Assembly: GCA_040437565.1 (NCBI GenBank)
Contig: JBDOQK010000010.1
Location: 248,001 to 312,000 of the forward strand
Source: Albugo candida
Taxonomy: Eukaryota
Direction: 5' to 3'
Length of the DNA: 64,000 nucleotides
Shown here: positions 35,768 to 49,519 of the stretch, piece by piece
How positions within the stretch are numbered: position 1 is the stretch's first letter
Layout of the letters: the number at the start of each line of letters is the position of its first letter
Program-made: the position numbers and the translations under genes
The notes under the pieces: model-generated
Told to the model about the DNA's origin: nothing
Seen by the model: only the letters and a program-made list of their open reading frames with translations
The model's database searches: none

Positions 35768-38699
35768 TATTTGAGTTTTCTCTCGGTAATTCAATGTATT
35801 CTCTGAAAATTTCACGTTTTCGTCTCACTCGACGTATACCAATAGTGACGCTTTCATAGGCTCGAATCATAATCATACTATGGAATCATTACTTAACGTA
35901 TTTTTCAGTCGATTCAATGCATTAGAGCAATGATTATAGGGCATTGTCAGCAATTGTCGTCTCATTTGATGCTGTACCGGGAATATGGGCAATGATCATT
36001 TCCATAATGTCACTTGATTGCTCGATACATTATGTCTTTATGGCTATCTGAATCAAAAAACATTCTGCTCGTTGGCCGTATCTGTTGACGGATGATCAAT
36101 GGGTGATATGTGACCATGACAGTTGCACTATGAAGCATTTCGAATCGATATGAACAAAACATATCATCTCAAATACCGTGAAACGAAACCTTGATGGATG
36201 AGCGTATTTGACCCATTTGGGATGCAAAAGCGATATGTGTCAGCCTCAAAGCCAAAGTATATAGAAAGGGACTACATATAATTGAATAAATACCTTCGCA
36301 TCACCGTTTTTCGAATTAGTGCGCTGGCTGGCGATATTCTTTTCCCCCCGCATTCTCAGTGTACTATGTACTTGACTATGGTTCTTGTAGCTATCGTTGA
36401 GCGATGTGGTCATGCGATAGAGATACTCACTATATGACTACTAGCTTGTCAAAATCACTATAACCTTGTAAGCCATAGGACACATCTGTTACGGGAACAC
36501 TGGGCAAAAGACTCGAATAAATTGTATATGAGGTAAGAAATCAATCACAGAAGTAATGAGGTCTTGTGTGTCTACGAGGCAAGCTATACCTCATGGTAGT
36601 TAGTACTTAATTGGACGAATGTCTCGAAAGAAACAAAGCCGAAATTCACACTGAATTCCTTTTTTCCGGAAAAGTAAGGATGGTACTATTGAGCAAGATA
36701 AGCCGGTCATTATAAGTAATCGTTCTTCGAGTTGTCTCAAGAAAAAATTCACTGATAGGGAAATGAATGACATTAAAGTTGCGTTACATCTTCTACATGG
36801 CACGTTCTCCTTACAATTAATGAGCCAAAAAAAGGGTTGGGAATTGGTCGCAAGCGATATGCAGCACTTTGTCCTTTGCCCAAAATATCATAATGCCGGC
36901 TTTGACATCTCTCCTCTCGTACCTTGTTGGTCACCTCTCTGGAAGCTCTTCAAATGCAAGTTGGGAGCGTATAAATCGTCCTCGTAAAATCTACATTTTC
37001 TGTCATTTCGAGTATCAACGCGGTTTCTTCATATTGGAGTTCGCTAATTTTAGTTTAAAGCCGGGGAATAGTATGCCCGGAATGAACTCAAGCTATCTTC
37101 AAAATCCTAACGAGTGCCGATNNNNNNNNNNNNNNNNNNNNNNNNNNNNNNNNNNNNNNNNNNNNNNNNNNNNNNNNNNNNNNNNNNNNNNNNNNNNNNN
37201 NNNNNNNNNNNNNNNNNNNNNATAAATCGTCCTCGTAAAATCTACATTTTCTGTCATTTCGAGTATCAACGCGGTTTCTTCATATTGAGTTCGCTAATTT
37301 TAGTTTAAAGCCGGGGAATAGTATGCCCGGAATGAACTCAAGCTATCTTCAAAATCCTAACGAGTGCCGATTGCACAATCAATGGGGAAGTTCCTCCACA
37401 GGTGGCTCAGCCAAGTCAGCGTTCTTATGCCAGCATGGCCCGCCTTGTGGTTCGGTTGTGCCACAAGGCGGCAAAAACGTCGATAGGAATGGTGTATGGT
37501 TGACGAGTGCTTATGTATTGTATTTTGTCTCACATTTATTGTCAATATTATTATAACGCGTTCGCGTATACTTAGAAAGACACTTCAGTGTAATGCCCTA
37601 GTTTGTTAATGTTTGTGGAGATAACGGCACCGTTAGCATTGTTGATGACTAGAAGTTCATCATCTGTCGACGTGTGCTCTCAAATAGAAAGTCTTCGTCA
37701 CGCATCCGGTGAAATAGCGTTCATAAGTATGCCCTTCAGCGATTTTGAAGTTAGACTCCGTGATCGTTAGACGAATGCAGAAAAGAAGACGTAATAAAAT
37801 CTCGGACGCACAAAAAAATCGCCGGGAGGGGTGCGTGTCGTAAATTATTTGAACAAGTTTTGCTTTACATTCACACTGTACGCATTTCTGAACTGGCCAA
37901 AAATTATTTTGTCAAAGAGTAGCGTATAGAAAAAGGGAGAAGATCCGCAAAGGGACAGCAAAACAAATGCAAAAGCGCAATATGATCTCTTCTGTCGCGT
38001 TACTCATTTATAGCGGGTGGACGAGTCCAAGCATCTCCGTTCCGTGCACAAGCTCTTCAATCACGGAATTATTTGCACATCCGAACACGTTCTTGGCACC
38101 ATTCTGCATTCATTGATGCAGTGAGTCCTTAAGCATGCTTTCCCATATTGATCTAAAAGAGAAAATCCCTTATCGCTTCACCACACTGGTATAGGATACT
38201 CTTGCCATCCCAAAGATATATCTCAGCTAATTCGTATACTGAAGCATGTATTACGACCAATATCATCCTGCTTGTCGTGTGGTCTCGACGACGCGTCCGG
38301 CGTGCATACTATTTGTCCTGATGATCGATCGCGTCGCCAATTGCTGAATAATTGGGAAATCGTTTGGTTGCTGTGTGAACAGTGCGCATCAAACTGACCG
38401 TAGGTACCGAATTGGATGTTCTGATTCTCAAGTTCGCGATTGTACGACGAAGAACATGATCGCAAATCCAAAGAGTTTGAGAATTCAATAGAATAAAATG
38501 AAATCAGTAGTCGCTCATGCTGTTATCAAATATATGATCTCGCGAACGTGAATAATGTTTTGGGCTACACAGAGACGGAAGCAAAAGGAAATCAATCAGA
38601 CGCCATGTGCCATTTAGCAAGCTCACAAAAAAAGAATCTGATCGCTCATATAGCTGATTGTCAATTGAATATAATCATTTATGAGCGAGGACCAAATGT

Positions 38700-41600
38700 T
38701 CCATCTCTTCCTACCATCGTCGAAGATTTCTATGCCATTGCACTTACAGTCTTCGAGCAAAATAATTGAAAGCATGAACCGGCTTCCCCCTAGCATCAAA
38801 TATTTTACTGTTATCATTTCAACCTCTGCATCGAGTGCTGGGCATGCATTGATTATAAGAGCGAATGATTACACCTACATATGGCTTTTTGCACGAAAAC
38901 CCCCTTATACCTGAAGATCAATCTTCATGAAAGAAATCGCATTCCTTTGCTGCAGCGGTAAAGAACAAATGCATCCTCTATTGTTGTAAATGCTTTTCAT
39001 GAGAGAGTAATCTCACAAGCATCTTGATGTTTGAAACTTAGATGTTCAAGTTTTACGATTCATGTATCGCAATGCTGGAACATAAAATGCATATGATGCC
39101 TCCGCTTCACAATACGTATTAGCACGCCATTCTTACAAACGTATGATGTTTTACCGCACATTCAGTAGACCCATCTCTATAGGCATCATCTTTGTAGCAT
39201 CTGTAGTAAAAATGCTGGTGCTAAAATGCTGGTGGAACTCTCATTGCGAATCCAACATCCGACTTGAAACGTTTTTACAGGACCATTACCGCGCAAAAAT
39301 CGACCAGACTACATCAGCATGTCGGAAGAGCTATTCAATATGGCATGCAAAACCTCTGATTTTTCCGTCCACGACATGCGGGAGATCATCCGGCACAAAA
39401 AGTGACTTTTGCAACTTCAACTCAATCCCCTGGGCGAGGATACTGGAAACATTCATTACGACTATTCGAATATCCTCAAGTTGTCGAGGCAACCAAATTA
39501 TAAGCGATTCGGATCAAGAAACAGCTTCAAAGAATCGAGGAAAAGTTCTCACAAGATAGCCAATGTGATGTTGAGCGTAGCCAGCGTATTTTGGAAGCCG
39601 TATCAGCTCGATATCGCACTAAGACAACAATCAGTCACGGCTCTTTTTTCAAATCGAGTCTCAAATAATTCAGAAATTCGGTCGAGAGCAATGCGAAAGG
39701 CAGCCAAGAGAAAAGCTTCGACCATCACGTAAGCATATGGAGAAATCCAAGTTTTTCTCGCCCTCTGGATAATTCTTGTCGTCGCGTTCCAATCGAAAAT
39801 ATGACTAAAAATGTGGCACCGTGACATCGAACCCGAGGGAGATTATTGACAAATTCAGAGATCATTGGGGTGGGGTCATGGACTCCAATAGCTTTGAGAC
39901 CGCCTCAAATGATCCATGCGAAAGAAAATGAAAAAATCTACTCGATTCAATTAAAGTTTCCCTTGCGTCCGAAGAGCAAGACCGTCTCTCAACTCGCACA
40001 AGTAGGGCCGAGATGGCCGAAGCGATCAAGCACATGCGGATTAGTTCTTCGCAAGGTATGGATGGACTACCAGCTGCATTTATCAGTTTGGCACGGAAAC
40101 GTTTGGCGAGTATCTGAAGATCGTGTTCGAATATCAGCTCGAAAAATGTATCTTACTTCGATCACAACGACCGATCGCACTGCTTTGTGTCTATGTGAAA
40201 ATACATTCAAAAATATTGCCGAATCAATTGCAACGGTTTTTGCCAAAATTGATCCACCAAGATAAAAAAACATTTGTGCGAGGAAGGTCGATGCGTCATC
40301 ACATTCGACATCTCAGGGACACCCAAGACTTGGTCACTCATCGTCGGGAAGAAGCGTTAGCGAATTTTTCTCGATTCTGAGAAAGCTTATGATCGAGTTT
40401 ATTGGACGTACATGCTTCGTGTTTGGTAAAAGTTTCATCGACTGGTTTCGTCTTTTGTAACCGACACGAAGGCGCGGTTGCTGATCAATGACCGTCCATT
40501 GCACCAAACCGTGAAGTATTACAAGGCAATCCTCTGTCAGCATTACTTTTTCTGATGACGATCTACTTCGACAACATGAAGAACATGGCATTTGGATCAA
40601 TCGCACGACTGGATTATTTTTTACGGACGATTCGACATTTCTTTCAGAGACACCAAATGGTGCTCTGCAAGTCTATTGCGTTGGATGTGGTCTGAAACTG
40701 AACTTGAGTAAATACTTCTTGCTCTCGTCGAATCGAACCATGCAGTGTCCACATATTCCTAATTTGACTATACTGGGTCCGGAGAATTCGGTCAAGTATT
40801 TGGGTATTCTGTTCGGCCAGACACCGACTCATTTGATGGTTATTTCAACTCTCGACAAGCATTTTTGTAATGGGTTTGGTACATTATTTCGACGTACACG
40901 AATTGTCCGTGGTCGACTACTGGTTGCGCACGATATTTTTGATACGTCTGTGGCATTACATGATGCACGTGGACATATCAGTGGAAACTATTCGATAGTG
41001 GTAGTCGATGATAAATCGATTCTGCTTGGTTAAAAACACTAACAAGATTCGAAACATGTTCACCTACTCAGCAAAGAAATTTCATATCTTCGTCGACAAG
41101 AAGGTGGACTGCAAATTCTTTTTTTGCTGGAACGACTGAAGAACAACACATTTACTTCCTGCAGCAGTTCGGATCCACTACGTCAATAACTATTTTTGCG
41201 AATTGAACAACTGATTCGACGGAATTATTAAAACTTATCCAGCTTTCCTTTGGACCACACAAGCCGATTGACATATTCACCATCGCACCACATCGACAAA
41301 GGAGAATGATTCGATGAGAGAGATTATCTGCATGGTGAAAATACGCATTTAAATTGTGGCATATGATGGATGGAGCACTGCAAATCAGTTTGAATTTTTA
41401 CAGCGCCGTCAGGTCTACATGGAACAGCTGATGTGGTTCCACTACGACCAAGAATACACTATGAAGCTGCTACTCGTAATCCAAGTACGCAAACGTTTGG
41501 CACAATCTTGTTATGGTGGACGAACAATACAGAGGACATTTCGAAAATCGGTCGCTACAGCTTCCGAGATTCGATGTCTTCAAGACTTTTTAGAGGCTGT

Positions 41601-42576
41601 GACACATGACCAACGAAGGAAGCTTTCGTGGCATGTATAGCAACGACGAAGAGCTGAAAACATCGAATATGGCTAGAGAAAACTACTGAGTCGACTTTAT
41701 AATGAAACTCAGATATTATAGCATATCCACTCGACGATTTCTCTCATCACTTGGATCCATGTGGCAGATCGTTTTTTGAGAGAGCACAAAACAAGAAGAA
41801 GAAATATTATTTCCCGTCTATTCCACGCTAACAACTCTCACATATCGTCTGGAACCTCCCGAAACAGCCGAGAGTCATCGAATATCGACACGTCGATCAA
41901 CATGACAGAGATCGGACGCACTAGATACAGAACGAGCTCAAGTATATACGACCACATCACGACATCCTCGGAAAGTTTCTTATCGATTCTCGGAGATTTA
42001 CAATTTCGTCTGGCTATTTGTATGTTGCCAGTTCGACATCATTTCTGGTTTTCGAAGGATATCAAGCCCGACATTATATTGTGCACGCATCCTTCGTTTG
42101 GAGATGTCGAATCCGATCCACATCTCTTTATAGAGTGCGAACACATAGCACAATTATGGAGGGAGTTAACCATAGTTGCGATCAGTTTTCTCAGCCCGAC
42201 CACGCTGGACGCATACTGCATGTGCAATTGTGCCAGTATTACGGCAAGCATAAAAAGAATATCAACAAATTTTATAGGAATATGGCTTAGCAGTGGCGCT
42301 GCACTTCGTCTGGACCGATCGGAATCGTCGTGTGTTCGACCAGCGATCAGCAATTCTGACAATTCCAGCACTTTCCGTGATCTACACCACGTTTAGTGCG
42401 CACGTTCATTACTTTCGAAGACAGTGTTACGATCAAGACGAACGCATTCGGCTTGCAAAAGTGTTGTATCAACTCTCAAGCGAGGATCATTCGATCGATT
42501 TCCAGGAGTCGAAGATCATTGCTGCGGGTACGGCACAGGCAAGTAGAACTGCAAGTGCAATTTTGATCCTAGTTTG
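38700..42576 (+). mobile_element. Degenerate L1/Tx1-clade non-LTR retrotransposon ORF2 (RT and zf-RVT); 5' boundary approximate
   Basis: Frameshifted fragments: RPIALL..KIL..LPKLIHQD..FVRGRS, EKAYDRV, FFTDDS (YADD equivalent), VKYLGILFG, C..VESDPHLFIEC, VWTDRNRRVF. Confidence 0.85.
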
Positions 42577-42599
42577 AGCTGATGGCTACGTTGAATCTA

Positions 42600-44161
42600 G
42601 TGCGGCGCACACCACTTTCGAAAACACGCTACTTTCGGCCAATACTGTGGTATATGTGCGTCAGCCTAACCAGAACTTGAAGAATTTCACAAACCCACCA
42701 TCACCAACTCGTGTAAGATGTTTGGGTTTTTTGACCCGTTTTGAGTACAGAAACGATAGAATTGACAGAAGAGTAACTTCTGATATGGATAGATGCGATG
42801 ACGCTTTCACAATGACCATTCAACTGCATGGTCACGTCGCCATTTTGAGATACTGGTGACCTTGCACTTGCTGCCATCTGGAAGAGTGGAAGGGGTCTTG
42901 GAGTAAACATTGAAAATAATTGGAGATAGAGTCAAAATCTAGATAAGATTACATTTTTTCGGGCAACTCATCAAGCCAACATGGTCTGACTTTGGAGGGA
43001 AAAGCAGGATTTCTATTGAGCCATAACGGAAGCTATTTAGCTGGATTTGACTTCTTGGTCTCTGCCTTAGACTCTTGATATAAATAGGAAGAACCGATTG
43101 ACCAAATGTGTTTATTTGAAGGGATAGGAGAATTTTCAGACTCGTGGGTAGAGTAGCTTCCTGGGTGCGATTTTCTGACATATTTGCCTAGTACAACTAA
43201 GTGCAGAGAGACCGTAGAAGAGCAAAGTAAACTCATTACTTTTGACTTACAAATCCTTTGCCCGCGTTAGCTTCTGTGAAGCTCCCAAACTCTAGCTGAT
43301 ATTCCAGGCTGTGAAGGCAAAGTATGAATTTCATCCGGTCTTTCTCCAATCCCACACCAAATATACCGCGAAAGTATTTAGATCCCACGGAACTGCGTTT
43401 TCAGAAATAAGGCTTGGTCCTAAGAATGGGCGCTGTCAGGCGCTTGACGCTTATCCTTTATTACGACCAGTACATTAAGATCAAATTCAGGAAGCTACAA
43501 CGACTGAAAGATCGAACCGCTCGCCATTAGACTATCGAATATTAAGTTGCCGTGATCCTTCGCGACAGAGTGCGGGTTTTCCCTTTTGGAACAACGACTA
43601 ATGCTCTACCCGTCTCCAAAAATGGAAAGTACGCTCTTCGCAATTTTGGAAGGCCTCGTTTCTTCCAGCTTTACAGCGAAGACGGGTCACTCTGGGTGCC
43701 ATCGTCCGCATATAGTTGCAGGATCATCTCAATCCGAGATTCAAGACTTAGTAGGTACAAGTGATAGCGCACTTTTTTCCGCATGCTATCCTTATGTGAG
43801 AACTCTTGAGTGTTTAAAAGCTCCGCGAAGGTCTTGCATCCTCAATTTTATGCCTGCGATGGGAAAGTGGTCCGGGCATCCTTAGCACATGTAACTACCA
43901 CCTTTACCACCCTTAATTTTCTCACGAGTGTACTTTTAACGTCATCGCACACGGATGATGACTCACCTACAAATTTGCAGTCGCCCCAAGCAAAGTTATT
44001 TATCAGGGTACTCAAATCGTCACTAATTGACGCAATGATGATCGTTTGATCAGGAGCGTCTATCTGAATATTGTTTTCGACATGCAAAAGAATTGAAGAA
44101 GTTGTACATCAAAGCTGATCTACCAAATGCACCGGTTGCGTGTAGCCGGCGAATTGAGAAG
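42600..44161 (-). mobile_element. Degenerate LINE 5' end/ORF1 (copy A)
   Basis: Paralogous to 49520-50559: GDCKFVGESSSVCDDVKST vs GDCMIVDESSPLCDDVEST; KYFRGIFGVGLEKDR vs KYYLDVFGVGVEEDR; shared 5' terminus CTTCTCAATTYGCCGGCTAC. Many stops. Confidence 0.6.
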
Positions 44162-44749
44162 CAGATGACCAAACTCATTTTCTGTGCATTACACCTGAAA
44201 TAAATAAAGCGCTGATATCTGGTAAAGTTGCCCTCATAAGTTCCGAGTGAATTTTAGGAGTATTGAGTATCGTAAAAACATCCTTAAATCCGTTGACGTA
44301 AACCAAGTTGTGTGATCCTGTCATGTTACAAGACCCAAAATCAATGCCCAAAGAAGACCTCGACAATGTGAGCGTGAATCACGAACAATGTTCTTCAAAC
44401 ATTCCGTATCGAGAAATGTCAATTCGTACATGTCTTTTTTGCTCATATTGAATCATCTTCCCACTATAGCGTTTTTATGAAGCGATATCGGTGAGCTGAC
44501 TCATATTCCGTGTCAAAGTCTTGTATAAATATTTTCAAATACGTTCACTGCAATAATATGGTGCATGATGATATAGTTACTGCTATATTCATGCTATCGC
44601 ACCCTCCAGTGAATTTATAGTGTTTCAACTAGATTATATATTTATTGTATAGTGAGTTGTAGTCGTTTAAGATTGTCTTGCTTGTTTCTTTAGCTCTCAA
44701 ACCATTACAGCTTACTGAGATCATGTGTTGTTACGCGTTTAAAGAAGAA

Positions 44750-45365
44750 GGGAGCCTTGAATATTCACTCACCTCTTGATGGTATTCACTCGCCCCCCAC
44801 CATATTGGCTAAATCTCATCAATAATCATCTCTCACGCATCACGCGCAATGATTACTTGCAATTACACCTCGGCACAAACACACTATAAATCGAACTCAA
44901 TTTATCAACCTTATACACTCAGCACAAACGCACTATAAATTGAACTCAACTTATTAACCTTATACACTCAGCACATAACCATAGAATTTGCTTTGATATG
45001 TGTATTTCCATAAGTAGCTTTGCTTTTATTTAGGACCTAAAAATTCTGCAATTATAAACACAGCTTCTTAGAAATTATGCAAAAGCTCTTCTTATATTAA
45101 TAAATAACAATCTTAGCTTTTTCTCGGTGAGTATTCGCAATATAAGAGATTGGCTGATTGATCTCGAAAGCTGAAAATCTGAATTTCTTTCCTTTCGAAT
45201 GAATTGAATATTGTAAGTTATTGAATTGTGGTAGTGAGTTGAGTGGTAGTAGTTGTTACAAGTAAGTGAATATTGATTTCGGTCTTGTCAATTTGAGTGC
45301 ATTTTAGCCAATATATGGGGGTGAGTGAATACTATCAAGAGGGTGAGTGAATATTAAAGACCCCC
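44750..45365. mobile_element. Non-autonomous TIR element (MITE), about 615 bp
   Basis: About 60-bp imperfect TIRs: GGGAGCCTTGAATATTCACTCACC-TCTTGATGGTATTCACTCGCC..ATATTGGCTAAA vs the reverse complement at 45303-45365. AT-rich non-coding interior. No clear TSD. Confidence 0.85.
44869..44983. repeat. 49-bp tandem repeat, about 2.3 copies, inside the MITE
   Basis: ctc(g/a)gcacaaac(a/g)cactataaat(c/t)gaactcaa(t/c)ttat(c/t)aaccttataca at 44869 and 44918, partial copy at 44967. Confidence 0.85.
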
Positions 45366-47657
45366 TTGAAAAATGTGTCACAAATACTATTTATAGAAAA
45401 CTTTCATCATGTCGACCTACAATTAATGATATCAGGTTGCATGAAGCTGATATGAAGTGTGACATCTTGCCCAAGAGAGAACTTATCTCACAGAGCGCCA
45501 ACGATACGGTACGAGCAGAATGGTGCAGATATAACATCGTGAATCACGTGTGCTATTCAAAAAGCGCGGCACGTCGGCATCCAAATCGTCATTAACATAG
45601 GACGGCTTGTCCATGCTGAAGCCAATGTGGACCACGAGGGATTTTCGGATGCAAGGGAATTATTAGTTACCAACTACTCGTATATGTGACTAAAAAATAA
45701 CTAATTGATGTATATCAAATCACTTCCAGTCGACTTTACCTCTATTTATCGCAATAGTGTTACAAGTCAATAGTCAATGAACAGCTTGCACAGTAGACGT
45801 AGCGTACCATTTCTTGTGTTTTTTAGTGGTTCGATTCTTGATGCTCTTGATTATTGCCGTCGAAAGCTCTGCGGGAAGAGAGTATATAATTTGATTTGCG
45901 CAATCATCAATACGCGCAAAGGAATAAAATTGCACGTTACGCGCTATGCCATCTCATTGTAGACAAACTGAATGCATCAAGCCTACATCTTACCGTTTTC
46001 TTCCGTCGAACAACCAGCTCGATTTTATTTTCTTAGCAAGATGTGCACAGAAAAGTTCGTACTAAGAATATGTTCATTGTGTGACACTGTTGCGCTTCTT
46101 GATTGAGCAGCCGCGTTCGCGGACCGTATTCTATGTAGGACCTTTGGAGAGTTCTGCTCAAACGTTTATGAGAATGGATGTTGATATGACATCGTTAACC
46201 CATGCCATTTATCATGTCTGGCGTGATCTGAGTCCAGAATACCTCACAATGATAGCAGAGTCGTAGATGGCTGCTATCATTGTGGCCAGAATCAGATGCT
46301 TAAGTGACATGTTTCCCAACAGTTTGGTGAACTTAGTTTTCTAGCAGGACTTCTTGATATTAAGCTTCTTTGATGGTGTCCATGTTGGTTCAGATCATGA
46401 AGCATCCCTCCGTTTTCATACTTTGTGTTCAAGGATTATCACAATAGTTCAGGTCACCACTAATGCTGACTAGTTTACGGTATGAGATCTGATTGACCAG
46501 TATGAACGCTTCTGTTCGATGAAAGAGCTTCAAAGCAATTGCAGACGAAAGAGCTTTAAAGCAATTGCCTTTAGATTTGGTTTGTCTTGCACAGCGCTAC
46601 TTAGCTTGAGTATACTTGGTGGGACTCAAATACATTACAGTCACTCTACAACTGGAACCACATGCAGACTCCTAGAAGAACATTTACATATCACTCATTC
46701 TTCGATGTGTAAGTATTCATGTGCCTTCTATTCATGCTCTATGATTACTATTTGGTTGGTTGAGGTCCACATATATCCCTCTACTGTAAGTTACATTTTC
46801 GGCGAAGTCCCACTGTTTGGAATAACATACAGGTTTTGAACTTGGTGTATCACAGAATCCCCAATATGTCAGCTTCATACATCGCTGGTGTTTACGATGA
46901 AGACAAACTCAATCTTTGCTCATTGCAGAAGATTCTCTCGGTGACTGTCGATTTTTTGGAGGTTGACGGATTAGAAGCATCCCAATAGATGGAACAACGT
47001 ACTGCCGGTTGCTGATGAAAAAAGACTTTGCTGTGGATCCATAAATCAATCCCTTGAGATGGACTCCGACTCAAAGATTGGTGCGAAATGGTGAGTTTGG
47101 TCTAATTTTGAGATAATCTGGGCTAGAGAAAAAATGGATTTGTGCATGCATTGAAAAAATTTGCGCATACTCTTGTCGGAGCATCAAAGAGTATCCTAAG
47201 CAAATATAAAGCTTGTTTCCCTCGCTAGTTACGCTTATAAACCGCAAAGAAATAATCACGAATTGAACTCATCAATCGATTTCAAATTCTTACAAGTTGA
47301 AAGCGTCAAAAACCATAAATCATCCTATTCAGTCGCCCGCGATTGTGCTCTACTAGAACATCTTCCATGATGGCTCTAATTAGAGCTTGTGCATGACTGA
47401 GGTCGTCCGAGATTTACAAGGAGACCGCCATGTACGGTATCGAGGTACACGCGCCGCAAATAAACAAATGGATCTGGATGATGAGTCAGTCTAGCAAACA
47501 TCTAATTCAAAGTAAACTCACTAAATTTAGGTATTCCCCACTGAATTAGCGCAACATAAAGCTACAATGCATCGGTGTAACTAGATTCGCTGCAATTTCG
47601 CCAACAAAAGATATAGACTGAAGGTACCACCAAATATTACATTATCGACATTATCAT

Positions 47658-48191
47658 TCAGCGTTCTAATGTGTGATATGCAAAGTCCTTTCGACTGTAT
47701 TCCTTATCGTCAGAGGGATCATCAAGGTCGGTCATACCTTTTCCTCGCTGTTTAGCGATTACAAAAACGCTAATCAGCGCCACAATAAAAAATATACATA
47801 AAGGTATAGAGACGCCTTCTTGTTTGCTGTGCATAGGTGAAGCGCTCAATAGATACCTCGTCGAGGCATTATCAGGTAACTGTGCGCGTTTTGGTTCCAT
47901 GAGGTGACTGATCAAATTGTCAATACGTGCCTGGTGGTAGTTTGATTCTTCGTCAACCGCATCATCGTACTCTGTAGGAAAAGTACGATTTCGATAAAGC
48001 ACGCCATGATCGATACCAGAATCGTGTGATATCAAGTCAGGCTCCTTGAAGGTGTCGCTCGACTTGTCAGCGACATTCCGCGTCGAGACGAGTGCAGTGA
48101 ACTTTATCGGATTTGCCAAACGGTAAATAAGATCTTTGATGGATCTCTCCTGAAGATTTGTCTGATCCTCTATGGGGTCGTATCCGTTCAT
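47658..48191 (-). CDS. Orphan single-pass membrane protein
   Basis: Intact 177-aa ORF with one hydrophobic helix (VSIPLCIFFIVALISVFVIA) followed by KQRGK and a YHTL tail. Confidence 0.55.
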   Translation of the reverse strand: MNGYDPIEDQTNLQERSIKDLIYRLANPIKFTALVSTRNVADKSSDTFKEPDLISHDSGIDHGVLYRNRTFPTEYDDAVDEESNYHQARIDNLISHLMEPKRAQLPDNASTRYLLSASPMHSKQEGVSIPLCIFFIVALISVFVIAKQRGKGMTDLDDPSDDKEYSRKDFAYHTLER

Positions 48192-49519
48192 CGATTGCGA
48201 TGTGTAGAAACTAAAGTTAATTTAGTAGCTCAGAGCAAACAATTTGTGACGGATGGCATCATTGGGACCTGTTACCTTTAATCCCCTTCGGAAGTATATA
48301 CTGAGACGAGAGTGCTGCAGCACTTGAACCCGAGTGAAATCTGATAAACCCCAAAATATTGAATTTGCGCAGGAAAAGACGTATGGAAGCCTAGGAGACG
48401 ACAAGAAGACATGTATTGACCAATAAAACGTAACNNNNNNNNNNNNNNNNNNNNNNNNNNNNNNNNNNNNNNNNNNNNNNNNNNNNNNNNNNNNNNNNNN
48501 NNNNNNNNNNNNNNNNNNNNNNNNNNNNNNNNNNAGAAGACATGTATTGACCAATAAAACGTAACTAGCTAAAGCACTAGCAATATAAAAAAATTGTCAT
48601 TGAATTACGAGGAGGCAACGCGTTCTATCTCAGTTTCGCTCCTATTCTGCAACATTAAAGCTAGTGCTATCTATTAGTTCGTACTCGACTGATTGACGCT
48701 CTGATTGTTACAATCTTCAAGGTGCCTCACCGTTAGCAACAACAAAAAAAAAACATCGCATTCAGGGATTTCAGCTTGCGTTACTGCTAGCACATTATTC
48801 GATGAATTTCCTTACATGCACGATAGAACGAACAGGATACTAAGTCTTGTTAAAAAATTTGCTATCGGAATAGTGCGAAGCGAGAGGAAGCGTGAATGTT
48901 GTTCGGGTTGCCAATTTCAGCGTATTTCGATATCGGGGTATGGTACGTTGCACTAGTTTGGTACTACTGGTATCACTGGTACATAAGCACTTGTATTTCA
49001 CTTGGGGTGAAAGGACAGGTGGACATAGATTGTCTTGACGATGAGAATTATCGAGACCGGACTACTAGATATTATTTTTTCGAGCTGGCGATTGTATTGG
49101 ATCACGCTATTATGTTTTGTAACTCTGGCGAAACGTACGTCCTTCATGCTTGCAGCTGGAATTAACTTTGCCTTTCGGAATTCGAACATTTTTTCACGCC
49201 GCTTGACATAGCTTATATCGCCAACAATTTTACTCCCATACTCTCAATTGCGACTGCTCGCTTTTTATCGTTGCAATAACGCTGATGCGAGCCATGTCAT
49301 TTACATAATATTCTTTGAGGTCGAGCAGCTCAGTTAAAGGTGTCTATATTACTAGAATTAGACTAACTGACTTCTCTAGTTGCCTAGGCTATCTTAAATA
49401 ACAAATGTTCATATAAAAANNNNNNNNNNNNNNNNNNNNNNNNNNNNNNNNNNNNNNNNNNNNNNNNNNNNNNNNNNNNNNNNNNNNNNNNNNNNNNNNN
49501 NNNNNNNNNNNNNNNNNNN

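Noticed and set aside
37395-37477. tRNA gene or TPP riboswitch
   Set aside because: No acceptor-stem pairing and a 10-nt T-loop; lacks the TPP CUGAGA and CCUGAU cores.
45900-47300. Short ORFs possibly from a decayed transposase
   Set aside because: No diagnostic motif could be read with confidence.
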